Shown: one piece after another, positions 9,902-20,268 of the stretch
How positions within the stretch are numbered: position 1 is the first letter of the stretch
How the letters are laid out: every line of letters starts with the position of its first letter
NCBI GenBank assembly: GCA_038230375.1
Contig: JBBRNJ010000020.1
Span: 45,286 to 109,285 of the forward strand
Source of the DNA: Polyangiales bacterium
GTDB lineage: Bacteria; Myxococcota_A; Polyangia; Polyangiales; Polyangiaceae
Length of the DNA: 64,000 bases
Direction of reading: 5' to 3'
Notes under the pieces: generated by a model
Told to the model about the DNA's origin: nothing
The model's database searches: none
Seen by the model: the letters and a program-made list of their open reading frames with translations, nothing else
Position numbers and translations under genes: made by a program

Positions 9902-11389
9902 GTGCCGGTGCTAGCGGGACTTCTGGCCCTCTGCGCGCCTGGCTGTGGTGGGCGTACTCGCACGGGTGAGCGCCCGCTCGAGGTGCTCGTGGCGCAGGAC
10001 GCGGAGTCGCTGGACCCGCGCTTCACGCTCGATACCGTGGGCCTCCGCGTATCGCGACTGATGCACGCCGGCCTCTTTCGGCTGGACGAAGGAGACCTGC
10101 GCCCCATCCCGTACGCAGCCAAGAGCGTCATGTTCCAGAGCCCAGAAGAGCTGGTGGTGGAGCTCCGGAGCGACATCACCTTCCACTCGGGGAAGCCGCT
10201 CGTCGCGGAGGATGTCGTTGCCACGTTCACGGCCATCGCGGACAAGAGCGTGGGCTCGCGGCACGCGCGCATCTTCGACGCCGTGGATCGCGTGACGGCG
10301 GACTCCGCGCATGTGGTTCGCTTCCACATGAAGCGGCCGCATGCGACGTTGCTCACGGATCTCGAGATGCCGATCCTGCGCGCGGATCAGGCGTTCGGTC
10401 CGCCCGCCTCCGATGGCGATCAGGATGGCATCGGCCCCTATCGCCTGGAGCGCCGGACCGAAGGCGAGATGTCGCTCGTGCCCGCAAAGGGCTCCGCACT
10501 GGGCAAGACACCGGCGCATCCGATCACGATCCGCGTGGTGCACGACGAGAACGCGCGCGCGCTGCGGCTCCTCTCGGGCAGCGGGGACATGGTGCAGAAC
10601 GGCTTCTCGCTGTCGCTCATTCCGGCGCTCGCGAAGGAGCCGGGTCTCACGGTGCACGCGCGGCCTGGCGCCAATCTCACGTACCTCCTCTTCCGGACGG
10701 ACCGCGGGCCGCTCGCAGACGTGGCGCTGCGTCGTGCGGTGGGACAGATGCTCGATCGCGAGCTGGTGGGGCGAACGCTGCTCTCGGGTCACGCGACCGT
10801 GGCAACGACGGTGCTACCCGAGGGCCACTGGGCGCACACCACACGGCCAGCGGAGGCGATGACCTTCGACCCCGACGGCGCCGAGGCGACGATCACAGCG
10901 CTCGGGCGCCGCGGCACGAAGCTCGAGCTGCTCACGTCCACCGATCGCCTGCGCAGCACCGTGGCGCGCTTCTTCGCGCAGACGCTGAACGCGCGCGGCC
11001 TCGATGTCACGGTGCGCGAGCTGGAGCTGGGCACGCTGATCGCACGCCTGAACGCGGGCGATTTCGATATGTGCACACTGCAGCTACCCGAGCTGGCAGA
11101 GCCGAACGCGCTGCGATTTTTCTTGCATAGTACATATATTCCACCCGAAGGCGGCAACCGTGGGCGCGTGCATGACCTGGCGCTGGACGCGCTCTTCGAC
11201 GACGGCGACCGCGAGCTTCTGCCCGAGAAGCGTCGCGTGATCTACCAGCGGATCGAGGAGCAGCTCGCGCACGGTGTCTACCTTGTGCCGCTGTGGCACG
11301 AAGACCAGGTCGCCGTCACCGGACCACGCGCCGCCACGTACCAGCCAAGTCCGGAGGGACGCTGGCTGGGCCTGACCGACGTGCGCTGA
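9902..11389 (+). CDS. ABC transporter substrate-binding lipoprotein, family 5 (peptide/nickel)
   Basis: Lipoprotein-like signal; SLDP, LRSDITFHSGKPLVAEDV family-5 signature, GIGPYRL; start inferred. Confidence 0.88.
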   Translation: MPVLAGLLALCAPGCGGRTRTGERPLEVLVAQDAESLDPRFTLDTVGLRVSRLMHAGLFRLDEGDLRPIPYAAKSVMFQSPEELVVELRSDITFHSGKPLVAEDVVATFTAIADKSVGSRHARIFDAVDRVTADSAHVVRFHMKRPHATLLTDLEMPILRADQAFGPPASDGDQDGIGPYRLERRTEGEMSLVPAKGSALGKTPAHPITIRVVHDENARALRLLSGSGDMVQNGFSLSLIPALAKEPGLTVHARPGANLTYLLFRTDRGPLADVALRRAVGQMLDRELVGRTLLSGHATVATTVLPEGHWAHTTRPAEAMTFDPDGAEATITALGRRGTKLELLTSTDRLRSTVARFFAQTLNARGLDVTVRELELGTLIARLNAGDFDMCTLQLPELAEPNALRFFLHSTYIPPEGGNRGRVHDLALDALFDDGDRELLPEKRRVIYQRIEEQLAHGVYLVPLWHEDQVAVTGPRAATYQPSPEGRWLGLTDVR

Positions 11390-11390
11390 G

Positions 11391-12752
11391 TCAGGGGCTG
11401 TCGGCGCGCACGCAGCGGAAGCCGATGGTGGAAGAGAACGGATTGCCGTCCGAGCTCACGACCGCCCGTATCGCGGCGCGGAGCTGCGAGCCCGGCTGCG
11501 CGAAGCTGCCACCGCGAACGGTGAAGTCCTTCGTGGTGCCGGCTTGTCCTGCGGCACAGAGCGGGTCCGTGAGCAGGGCTGCGTTCCAGCATCCCTTGCC
11601 TTGCAGCGTCCACGCATCCGCCATCCATTCGGTGAGGTTGCCGACGACGTCGCGGATCACCCCGCCGGGCAATGCCAGAGCGTCGAGCTTGCCGCTGCCG
11701 ACGGCCGCGGGGCCCTTGCCGAACACGAGACACTCGCCAGTCTGCGCGGTGGGCATGGCGTCGTTGGTGCGTGCGTAGACCGCGTCCGTGCAGTGCGCTG
11801 CGTCGTCGCCCCACACGGCGAACGCGCTGCGTCGCGCGCCAGCGATGTACTCCCACTGCGCCTCGCTGGGGAGCGCGCCACCCAGCTTGGCGCAGTACGC
11901 GAGCGCAGCAGGACGTGTGACGCAGTTGACCGGAAGGGACTCGGCTGCGCCCGCGGCCGTCGTGAACGTGCAGGTCGGGTCCGTCTCGTGGACGATGACG
12001 CGCGTGTTCACCGGGAGCTTCGATGCGCGGTACTGCCCCACCGTAGCTTCGGTCGCGGACATGAAGAACGGCGACACGACGACGAGCCGCTCGGACGATG
12101 TACTGCCGTACGTGTTGCCGACCGTCAGATCGCCCATCCAGTACGCGCCGCCAGGCACGCAGACCTCTCCATCGTGCGGTGCAGAGGAGCAGCCGCGTAC
12201 GTGATCCTGCGCGAACGTGCCGGCAAGACCACCCTTCGCTGGGCCCGAAAGCGGATCGGCGGGCGCGTCGAGCGTGCCGGTCGGCGTGCCCAGGCTCGCG
12301 GTCATGAGCTCCACGTGCACGTCGATGATGCCCTCCGCGGACGTGACGGGCAGCGCGAACACCGTCTCCAGCGTGGAGGTCGCGCGTGGCTCTGCGGTGG
12401 TCGCGCCCGTGCTGCGAAACAGCCGCACGCGCGCAAGATAGCCCGCATGTCCCGCGGGCGGCGCAACACCGAAGGTCGCGCGTCCGCCCTGCACGGTGCC
12501 CTGGTCCAGTCCGAACTCGCGCGCGCAGAGATCGCACGGCGTGGTCTCGCCGGGGCCGAAGAGCTCTATGCGGAGGCGGTCGAACAGGGGCGTGTTCGCG
12601 GGCGGCGGCTGGCCAGGCCCAGGCGGCAACAGGGCGTCCGTGTCGATCCCGATGCGCACCTGCCCCGGCGGGGGCAACGTCCGATCACCGCACGCGCCGA
12701 CAAGCACGAGCGCGGAGAGCGCAGCAAGCGCAGCGGGCAAACGCGTGCTCAC
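11391..12752 (-). CDS. FGE-sulfatase (SUMF1/EgtB/PvdO-like) domain lipoprotein
   Basis: LVGAC lipobox; LPSEAQWEY, GNLTEW, RGGSF, IGFRC; GTGA overlap with the upstream paralog. Confidence 0.85.
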   Translation of the reverse strand: MSTRLPAALAALSALVLVGACGDRTLPPPGQVRIGIDTDALLPPGPGQPPPANTPLFDRLRIELFGPGETTPCDLCAREFGLDQGTVQGGRATFGVAPPAGHAGYLARVRLFRSTGATTAEPRATSTLETVFALPVTSAEGIIDVHVELMTASLGTPTGTLDAPADPLSGPAKGGLAGTFAQDHVRGCSSAPHDGEVCVPGGAYWMGDLTVGNTYGSTSSERLVVVSPFFMSATEATVGQYRASKLPVNTRVIVHETDPTCTFTTAAGAAESLPVNCVTRPAALAYCAKLGGALPSEAQWEYIAGARRSAFAVWGDDAAHCTDAVYARTNDAMPTAQTGECLVFGKGPAAVGSGKLDALALPGGVIRDVVGNLTEWMADAWTLQGKGCWNAALLTDPLCAAGQAGTTKDFTVRGGSFAQPGSQLRAAIRAVVSSDGNPFSSTIGFRCVRADSP

Positions 12753-14260
12753 TGCGTGCCCACTTTGTCGGTTGCGTACACGCACCGAAGACCGAGTGGA
12801 TAGGAGCCCGAGGTGCGATCGTCGACGAAGCGTGTGGTCGATGCCACCATCTGCGGCAGGATGTAGTTCGCGCCGCGGATGATGCTGCTCTTGTCGGACG
12901 CGGCGGGCTCGCAGCGCGGATCCACGATGGGCCCTTCGAGCCAGCACTGGTCGGTGTAGGGGACCGCCTTGTCGATGACCCACTCCGATAGACCGCCGCC
13001 GAGCGCATTCAGACCCAGCGGCGTCAGATCGTTCTGGCTGTCCTTCGGCGGCGGTGGCGTCTGCGGGAACTGCAGGCACTTGCCGTGGGTGGACTTGTCG
13101 TCGCCGCGACCGAACGCGGCACGCGAGCACGTCGGGTCGTCGTTGCCCCAGGGATAGCGCGCCTTCTCCACGCGGCCCGCGATGGTGGCCGCGTGCTCCC
13201 ACTGCGCCTCTGTGGGTAGGTCACCGCCGAGATACTTGCAGAATGCACGCGCCGTGTTCCACGGCACGCAGTTGAGCGCGTAGTCCTCGCGGCCCTTTGG
13301 CGTGGTCGACCACGTGCAGAGCCCGGTCGCGCTGGTCGAGAGTGGGCCATCGTTGGGGGTGGGCACGGCCGGCTGGGCGAAGCCCCTGGCCCTGGCCGCG
13401 CGATAGCGTGCAACGGTCACCTCGAAGCGATCCATCCAGAAGCGATGAAGACCGAACGTGCGCACGGGGAGCGCGGCGACCTCGATGCCGGACAGGAGAT
13501 CCGCCGTGCCCAGCACGGTGGCGCCGCCGGCCACGCAGATCCGGTCCGCGTCGTTCGTGGCCGCTGGTGCGTCGCATGGCTCGTTTGGCCAGGTGGCCAC
13601 GACGGATGCCGCGCCGTCGGCCGTGTCTGCGAGCGACAGCAACGTCACAGGCGCGAGCGTCTTCTCGGTATCGATGCAGGTGGTCGCCACGCCGAGCGTG
13701 AGCACGGGCGGGTCGTTGGAGAAGCGCGCGGAGGTGCCCAGGCATGCTCCGTGAAGCGTCACGCGCGCGTGCTTCTTCGCGTCGCTCGGAAGCTCGACGT
13801 AGAGAAGGCGGTCCACGGTGACGAGCGGCCAGGGCGCGCTCGCGGGCGTCACGTCCACGCCGCCCGAGAGGAGGCGCGGCGCGTTCGTCTTCGGTGTGGG
13901 GTCCATGGGGCCGCCCCACACGTGCGGCGCTTCGCCACGGTAGTCGCGCGTCTGCCCGGTGGGATACGCGCGAAGCCGCACCCACACGCTCTTCGTGCTG
14001 GAGCCGTCCGCGTAGACACCAAAGCTCACCGGCCAGTCGCGTGGGTCGGGCCGCGCGAAGTCTGCGGTCTGGAACCATGTGCCGTGCTCGTCGTAGAGAT
14101 CCACGCGCAGGCTGGAAACGGCGAGCGGCACGGGAAGATCGGTATCCACGCTGAGGACCACCTCGGGCAGCGGCGGCAGGTCCTTCGTGCACGCTGACGC
14201 GCCGAGTATGAGCGGCATCACGGACGCGGCGGCGAAGCATCTCCACACGATCACGCGCAC
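12749..14260 (-). CDS. FGE-sulfatase domain lipoprotein (paralog)
   Basis: FWMDRFEVT, LPTEAQWEHA, YPWGND, LSEW, LGLRC. Confidence 0.85.
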   Translation of the reverse strand: MRVIVWRCFAAASVMPLILGASACTKDLPPLPEVVLSVDTDLPVPLAVSSLRVDLYDEHGTWFQTADFARPDPRDWPVSFGVYADGSSTKSVWVRLRAYPTGQTRDYRGEAPHVWGGPMDPTPKTNAPRLLSGGVDVTPASAPWPLVTVDRLLYVELPSDAKKHARVTLHGACLGTSARFSNDPPVLTLGVATTCIDTEKTLAPVTLLSLADTADGAASVVATWPNEPCDAPAATNDADRICVAGGATVLGTADLLSGIEVAALPVRTFGLHRFWMDRFEVTVARYRAARARGFAQPAVPTPNDGPLSTSATGLCTWSTTPKGREDYALNCVPWNTARAFCKYLGGDLPTEAQWEHAATIAGRVEKARYPWGNDDPTCSRAAFGRGDDKSTHGKCLQFPQTPPPPKDSQNDLTPLGLNALGGGLSEWVIDKAVPYTDQCWLEGPIVDPRCEPAASDKSSIIRGANYILPQMVASTTRFVDDRTSGSYPLGLRCVYATDKVGTQ

Positions 14261-14289
14261 ACTCTAAATCATGTCGTAGTCTTCCGATC

Positions 14290-15132
14290 ATGGAGATGGG
14301 AGAAAGCCCCGTGACAGCGCAGGACCCCCTCAAGGCGCCGCTGCAGGTCCTGGCAGTGGGGCTAGGGCTCACCATCATCACCGTGGCGCTCAGCGTCGCG
14401 TCGCTCGTCTTGCTCGAGCGGAGCGCCTCCATGGGCAGGCTCTCAAATCTGATCTCTGTTGTCTCCGTGGGCAGCGACGCGACGGTTCTTGCCGGTTGCG
14501 TGATGCTGTCGCGACTCAAGAGAGCCGGCTCGTCGCAGGCGCTGGTATCGGCCATCTTCCACGGGGCCGGCATAGTGTTCGTCGGGCTCTGGTTCGGCGT
14601 CGCGTTGACCGGGGCGACCTGGATCTTCACGGTGATGGCGCTCGCAAACAACCTCATCGACGTCGTTGGCGTGGTCATGCTCGCGCTGGCGCTCCGGGAG
14701 GTCGCGAAGAGCCGCGGGCGAAGCTACGACGGATTGCTGTTCTCGGCGGCCGGCGCGATGGGCTTCTCCGTGATCGGGGCGCTGGCCAACCTCCTCGGCA
14801 GCTTTCCCATAGGGGTGTACTACGCGACCAGCGCAACAAGCTCGTTGTCACGGGCCGCCATGGTCTTCGTCGCGCTCATGATCGTGCGCCATGCGCCGCT
14901 GCCCGATGCGCAGCTCGCCTATGACTCCGCGTATCGCGGGCCCACGGGCGCCATCGAACCAGCGGTCGAGGGCAGCATCGCGCTCGGCTTCCTTGCAGGC
15001 TTCTTCGGTGGCTGCATCGGCGCAATCCTCGTGCTGGCACTCGCGAAAGGCGCGAAGACGAAGCGCGGCGCGGGCATCGGGTTCGCGTGTCAGACGGTGG
15101 TGGGGATCGCGCTTCGCGCTGCGATCCACTGA
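14290..15132 (+). CDS. Hypothetical multi-pass membrane protein
   Basis: About 8 hydrophobic segments. Confidence 0.65.
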   Translation: MEMGESPVTAQDPLKAPLQVLAVGLGLTIITVALSVASLVLLERSASMGRLSNLISVVSVGSDATVLAGCVMLSRLKRAGSSQALVSAIFHGAGIVFVGLWFGVALTGATWIFTVMALANNLIDVVGVVMLALALREVAKSRGRSYDGLLFSAAGAMGFSVIGALANLLGSFPIGVYYATSATSSLSRAAMVFVALMIVRHAPLPDAQLAYDSAYRGPTGAIEPAVEGSIALGFLAGFFGGCIGAILVLALAKGAKTKRGAGIGFACQTVVGIALRAAIH

Positions 15133-15135
15133 CGG

Positions 15136-16314
15136 TCACGGAGCGATCGCGTCGGCGACCTCTCGAGCCCCTTGGTCGCCGCCAAGCAGCGGAACGAAGG
15201 GCATCCACTCGACGAGACCGTAGCCGCACTCGTCCTCGAATGGCTCGTCGCGATCCGCGGCGAAGCCTTGCTCGAACACGGTGAGCCAGCGCGCGAGCAC
15301 CACATCGCGCGGGAGCTCGAGCAGCTCCGCGCCGCCTCGCGCGTCCTTGACCAGCGCGATCCCCTCGGCCACGACGCGGTCGCATTCGGCTGCATCCGCC
15401 AGGTGAATCGCGCCGAGCGCGAGCGCCACCCCACGGTCAGCGTCCCAGCCGATGGTGCGCGCCCGCAGCACCGCATCCTCGGCGTTGCCCAGCGCCGCCC
15501 AACCCGGTAACAGCGCGCGCATTGCCGTGGCCCCGAAGCTGGGAGACGAATGAAGGCGCGACGCGAGCTCGAGCGCGCGCGGGTACAGCTCACGCGACAG
15601 GTGTGGTGCGATCGCCACGAACACGCGCGCATCGCACAGTGACGGATCGGCCTCATTTTCCAGGGCCGCGGCGATCGCGCGTTCACGCCACGGTGGAGCG
15701 AGGGCGTGCGCGACCAGCGCGTAGCCGAGAGCCCGATAGTACTCGTGCGACAACGCGATCGCCGCGAGCAGCACCTCCGGCGCAACGTCGGCCAGGCCCG
15801 GCGCCGCGCGGGCGAGGAGTCGCGGAAGGTCATACGGCGGGAAGCTCATTGATTTCCACGCCACCTCCGTCTCACGAAAGAGGGCGACACGCTCGTCGCG
15901 CGGTACCAGGCTCACCAGAGTTGCAAGGCACTCGATGCTCGCGCGCACGAGCACCTGGGACGACGCGTTGGTCGCGTTCTTGCGCGAGAGCTCCTCCCGA
16001 GCGACGGTGAGCGCCGTGGCGCGCGCGGGCTCGTGGACGGCAGCAAGCGCCATGAGCACATCCATCGTCCACGTGGAGCGCTGCTCCGAGCTTGCCGCGC
16101 GAAGCGCCCGCTCGAAGACGTACGCGCGGACCTCGGGATCTTCACACGCACCTCCGACGCCAAGGAGCGCGCGCGACGCGCCAGGGAGCGCAACCTCGGG
16201 CGCGACCCCACGGCGTGCGCGAAACTGCGCCGCGGCGACGCGAAAGAGCTGCCCGATGTCGTGTGTGTTCGCGATGACTGATGTTACCGCCCACCGGCGA
16301 CGGACGCCATGCAA
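15136..16314 (-). CDS. Hypothetical Ala/Leu-rich helical protein
   Basis: Long ORF filling the gap between neighbours; start uncertain. Confidence 0.5.
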   Translation of the reverse strand: MHGVRRRWAVTSVIANTHDIGQLFRVAAAQFRARRGVAPEVALPGASRALLGVGGACEDPEVRAYVFERALRAASSEQRSTWTMDVLMALAAVHEPARATALTVAREELSRKNATNASSQVLVRASIECLATLVSLVPRDERVALFRETEVAWKSMSFPPYDLPRLLARAAPGLADVAPEVLLAAIALSHEYYRALGYALVAHALAPPWRERAIAAALENEADPSLCDARVFVAIAPHLSRELYPRALELASRLHSSPSFGATAMRALLPGWAALGNAEDAVLRARTIGWDADRGVALALGAIHLADAAECDRVVAEGIALVKDARGGAELLELPRDVVLARWLTVFEQGFAADRDEPFEDECGYGLVEWMPFVPLLGGDQGAREVADAIAP

Positions 16315-16387
16315 CGAACATCAGCGAAGCGCCGCATTTAACCTTGTTTAACGGGCACGTTGGGGCAGGCTGCACTTTACTCCTGCC

Positions 16388-17542
16388 ATGAACCGCCACA
16401 CGCTGGTCGCCATTCTTCCTTTGCTCCTCGCGTGCTCTTCGTCCAGCACGCAGGCCGTCCCCGACGCCGGCGCGGATCCGGACGCAAGCGCCGCAGACGC
16501 AGGACCGCCGAACCCGTTCGCCGCATACGAGCAGGCGGTGCTCGCTTCGTCCTGGACGAAGCTCGCCGGTGCCACGGTCCCGGCCGTGAAGGGCGGCGCC
16601 AAGATGGACGACCTCTACTTCACCAGCCCGACGATCGGCTACGCGGCGACTGGGCTGGACGGCATCCAGAAGACAACCGACGGTGGCGTCACCTGGACGA
16701 AGGCGTTCACCAACATGGGCACGTTCTTCCGCTCCGTTCTCTTCGTGGACGACAACCACGGGTTTGCGGGCAACCTGGGCGCGGGGCTGGACATGTCGAT
16801 CTCCGATGCGACCGTGCTCTACGAGACGAAGGACGCGGGCAAGACGTGGGCTGCGGTCACGGCGATCTCGGGGCCCATGCCGTCCGGCATCTGCAACCTC
16901 ACGAAGGTGGATGCGACACACCTGTTCGCGGTCGGCCGCGCGAACGGCCCCGCGCACGTCCTCACATCGAGCGACGCGGGCGCCACATGGACCTCCACCG
17001 ACCTGGGTGCCCAGATGAGCATGCTCATCGACGCGCACTTCACCTCGCCCACCGAAGGCATCGTCGCAGGTCAGGGCGTGGGAGCCGGTGACGTGTGCAC
17101 CATCCTTCGTACGACGGATGGCGGAAAGACCTACGCGAAGGTCTTCGCTTCGAAGGCCGGCGGCAGCCTCTGCTGGAAGCTCTCCTTCCCCACGAACGAC
17201 GTGGGCTACGTGGCGGTCCAGGACGAGGCGAAGGGACCCGCCACGTTCGCAAAGACGCTCGACGGTGGCCTCACATGGACGGAGATGCCGCTCCCCGTGA
17301 AGACCACGGCGCTCGGTGGCTATCCCGCGATTGGCATCGGCTTCATCACGCCAAACCTTGGATGGGTCGCGCCAGAAGACCCCACGCTCCCGGCGTACCG
17401 CACCACGGACGGCGGATTGACGTGGACCGTCGACACCGCGCTCAAGGCCCCGATCAACAGGTTCCGCTTCGTCGACAAGAACACCGCGTATGCCATCGGC
17501 GGCAACGTGTGGAAGATGTCGATCGCATACACGGGCACCTGA
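16388..17542 (+). CDS. YCF48/BNR-repeat beta-propeller lipoprotein
   Basis: LLAC lipobox; repeated Asp-box motifs (TTDGGVTW, TKDAGKTW, SSDAGATW, TTDGGKTY, TLDGGLTW, TTDGGLTW). Confidence 0.85.
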   Translation: MNRHTLVAILPLLLACSSSSTQAVPDAGADPDASAADAGPPNPFAAYEQAVLASSWTKLAGATVPAVKGGAKMDDLYFTSPTIGYAATGLDGIQKTTDGGVTWTKAFTNMGTFFRSVLFVDDNHGFAGNLGAGLDMSISDATVLYETKDAGKTWAAVTAISGPMPSGICNLTKVDATHLFAVGRANGPAHVLTSSDAGATWTSTDLGAQMSMLIDAHFTSPTEGIVAGQGVGAGDVCTILRTTDGGKTYAKVFASKAGGSLCWKLSFPTNDVGYVAVQDEAKGPATFAKTLDGGLTWTEMPLPVKTTALGGYPAIGIGFITPNLGWVAPEDPTLPAYRTTDGGLTWTVDTALKAPINRFRFVDKNTAYAIGGNVWKMSIAYTGT

Positions 17543-17544
17543 GC

Positions 17545-19365
17545 GTGAAGACGAGATTCGCCGCCGCGTTTGCCTGCGCAGGAGCCCTTGCCAGCATCGA
17601 CTGCGGGCAGAGCTCCGGCCCTGCGCGCGGCGACGGCGACAGTGGAGTCGCGACAACCAACATCTGCGACGAGGGCGCGCACGTGGCCTATCCTGCCACG
17701 ACGAGCGGGGTCGCGATCGGAGCCACGCTTCCAGACATGGCATTCGCAGGGCTTCGCGAGGACGGCGCCGCGGGCTCCATCAGCATGCGTGACTACTACG
17801 AGCCGTGTGCCGCGCGCTCTCGCCTCCTGGTCGTGCGTACCAATGGCGGCGCGTGGTGCGGCACGTGCCTCTGGCATGCGGGCCACACGCGCGAGCTCCA
17901 ATCGCTCGCGATCGGCGCGCGGCTACGCATCGTGGACCTGATCGTGGGCGACCGCGACAACGCACCGGCGACCACGAACGATCTGCCGGCATGGCGCGCG
18001 CTGGTGAGCTCCTCGGGCCCGATCGCGTTCGGCGTGGATCCCGCGTTCTCGCTGCGCGGAGCGCTGGGCACGCCGGCGGTGCCGGTGCCGCTCTACGTGA
18101 TCGTGGACACGCGGACCATGGTGGTCAAGAGCGCGCTGTCGAACCCGGATCCGGCGACGCTGCAGGTTGCACTGGAGAAGGCGCTCGCGGACGCAGACGG
18201 CACGCCGCCACCGCCGCCTCCGGATGACCCTCTCGTGGACGGACTCTTTCACAGGAACGAATGGGACATGCTCCGCGACGTGACGCTGCCCGGCGCACCG
18301 CCGCCCGATGCGACGAACGCGAACGCTGACGACACTGCCACTGCCGCGCTGGGCAAGTCCCTGTTCTTCGATGCCGGGCTTTCGCCGTCGGGCGTGGTGT
18401 CGTGCGGTTCGTGTCACGACCCCAAGAGCAACCTCACCGACGGGCAGCCGCAAGGAACGGGCGTTGCGAAGGGCACGCGCAGAACGCCGCGCATCGCGCT
18501 CGCCTCGCACGCGCGGTGGCAGCTGTGGGACGGACGCGCGGACACGCTGTGGGGGCAGGCCTTGGGCCCGTTCGAGAACAAGGCGGAGTTCGGGTCGTCG
18601 CGCCTGTTCGTGGTGCAGCGACTGGTGAGCACGTACAAGGACGCCTACGCGAAGGCGTTCCAGGGCGCGCCGCTGCCCGACGCGTCGAAGCTACCGAAGA
18701 GCGGGATGCCGGGCGACGTCGCGTACGACGCGCTCACCGCAGCCGACAAGGACGCCGTGACCCGCGCCTTCGTGAACGCCGGCAAGTCCATCGCCGCGTA
18801 TGAGCGCACCTTCCGCGTGAAGCCGAACGCGCTGGATGCATACGTGGGCGGGGACCTGACGGCGCTCTCGCAGACGGAGAAACAAGGCCTCTACGTGTTC
18901 ACGAGTGTAGGATGCATGCAATGCCATCACGGCCCGCGCCTCACCGACGACGCATTTCACGTGAACCGCACGCCGACGGGCCGCGCCGACCTCGCGGGTG
19001 ATCCGGGCCGGCAGAGCGGCATCGCTCAGCTCCTCGCATCCGACTTCAACGCGAGCGGCCGCTTCAGCGACGCGCCCGGCATGAGCCACGTGCCGAAGGG
19101 CCTTGCGCCGAGCGTGAGCGCGCGGGGCGCATTCAAGACGCCGCCGCTCAGAGGCGTGGGCGACGTCGCGCCGTTCGGTCACGGCGGTAGCGAAGCGGAC
19201 CTGGCGGCAGTGATGCAGCTCTATGGCAGGGGCGGACTTCCGGACGACGACGCGCGCGCAGTCGGCGTTACCGACCCGTGGCTGATGCGATTCGGCGAGA
19301 CCGTGCAGTGGTCGCTCGTGCCTTTCCTGAAGACGCTCACGGCGGAGCCGATCGTCAGTCAGTAG
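17545..19365 (+). CDS. Diheme cytochrome c peroxidase/MauG-family protein with N-terminal thioredoxin-like domain
   Basis: WCGTC redoxin motif; LGKSLFFD, CGSCH, QLWDGRAD, CMQCH, FKTPPLR. Confidence 0.88.
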   Translation: MKTRFAAAFACAGALASIDCGQSSGPARGDGDSGVATTNICDEGAHVAYPATTSGVAIGATLPDMAFAGLREDGAAGSISMRDYYEPCAARSRLLVVRTNGGAWCGTCLWHAGHTRELQSLAIGARLRIVDLIVGDRDNAPATTNDLPAWRALVSSSGPIAFGVDPAFSLRGALGTPAVPVPLYVIVDTRTMVVKSALSNPDPATLQVALEKALADADGTPPPPPPDDPLVDGLFHRNEWDMLRDVTLPGAPPPDATNANADDTATAALGKSLFFDAGLSPSGVVSCGSCHDPKSNLTDGQPQGTGVAKGTRRTPRIALASHARWQLWDGRADTLWGQALGPFENKAEFGSSRLFVVQRLVSTYKDAYAKAFQGAPLPDASKLPKSGMPGDVAYDALTAADKDAVTRAFVNAGKSIAAYERTFRVKPNALDAYVGGDLTALSQTEKQGLYVFTSVGCMQCHHGPRLTDDAFHVNRTPTGRADLAGDPGRQSGIAQLLASDFNASGRFSDAPGMSHVPKGLAPSVSARGAFKTPPLRGVGDVAPFGHGGSEADLAAVMQLYGRGGLPDDDARAVGVTDPWLMRFGETVQWSLVPFLKTLTAEPIVSQ

Positions 19366-20159
19366 CGGGTTGACGACGACGCCGGAGGCAGATCTTGCGG
19401 CTCGCGGCCGGCAATCAGCTCCAGCACCGCGTGTGCTGCGGCGCCTGGCACGCCGCAGTGATCGACCGAGGCAGTGGCATCGTCGGCGCTGTAGTCGTAG
19501 TCGTTGCAGACGGTGTCGCCCGTGCACTGCGGCTCGCGACCGGTGAACGGTCCGACGAGCCACTTGATGACCCGCGAGCAGTCGTCGCTCGGCGCTATGG
19601 TGTGACGGAACTCGTAGAGCGTCACCACGTTCGCCGGCACCTGCATCACGTGCCGCGGGAACGCGAGCGCGACGGTCTGGTAGGGATCGAGCGCGAAGAA
19701 GCGAGCAATGGTCTTCCGCTCGTCCGAGAACCGCTCGTCATCCTGGATGAGCGCGATCACGTCACGCGCATCGAAGCCGCCCCAGGAGAAGCCCACCACG
19801 TTGAGCTCCATGTCTGCATCGCTCTCGGTCACGGCCCCGTCGCCGTCGGTGTCGAGCGCAGCGACGATCACGTCGACCGCGTGCCCCAGATCCGCATTCC
19901 AGCGAAAGAACGGATAGTCCGCGTCCCATCCATCCACGTCTCGAATGAGGTTCGGGAGCGCGCGACAGAGATCACCAAGCTCCGAGTTGCCACCGGACGC
20001 ATACGGATCACCGCCGAACGACCGCCCGGCGAAGCACACCGAAGCGGACGCCCGCGTGGTCGCGCTCGCGGAGCTCGTCCCGGTGTTCTCCTCCGTCGCA
20101 GCCGCACACCCAGCGACGAACACACAAGCGAGCACCGCGACGACGAGACGAACATCCAT
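19359..20159 (-). CDS. Alpha/beta-hydrolase-fold lipoprotein
   Basis: VAGC lipobox; GFSWG nucleophile elbow; DTDGDGAVTESD EF-hand-like loop. Confidence 0.65.
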   Translation of the reverse strand: MDVRLVVAVLACVFVAGCAAATEENTGTSSASATTRASASVCFAGRSFGGDPYASGGNSELGDLCRALPNLIRDVDGWDADYPFFRWNADLGHAVDVIVAALDTDGDGAVTESDADMELNVVGFSWGGFDARDVIALIQDDERFSDERKTIARFFALDPYQTVALAFPRHVMQVPANVVTLYEFRHTIAPSDDCSRVIKWLVGPFTGREPQCTGDTVCNDYDYSADDATASVDHCGVPGAAAHAVLELIAGREPQDLPPASSSTRY

Positions 20160-20268
20160 GACGACCCACGAGCAGCCGCATGCCGCCACTGCGTCATTCG
20201 TCAGCGATCAAGGAGCAGCGAAAACGCAGGAAGTTCCGCCTCCCCCTCCCATGTGGGTGCCGCGACGC

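Noticed and set aside
11391..14260. Diversity-generating retroelement targets (CLec/FGE fold)
   Set aside because: No reverse transcriptase or template repeat seen in the window
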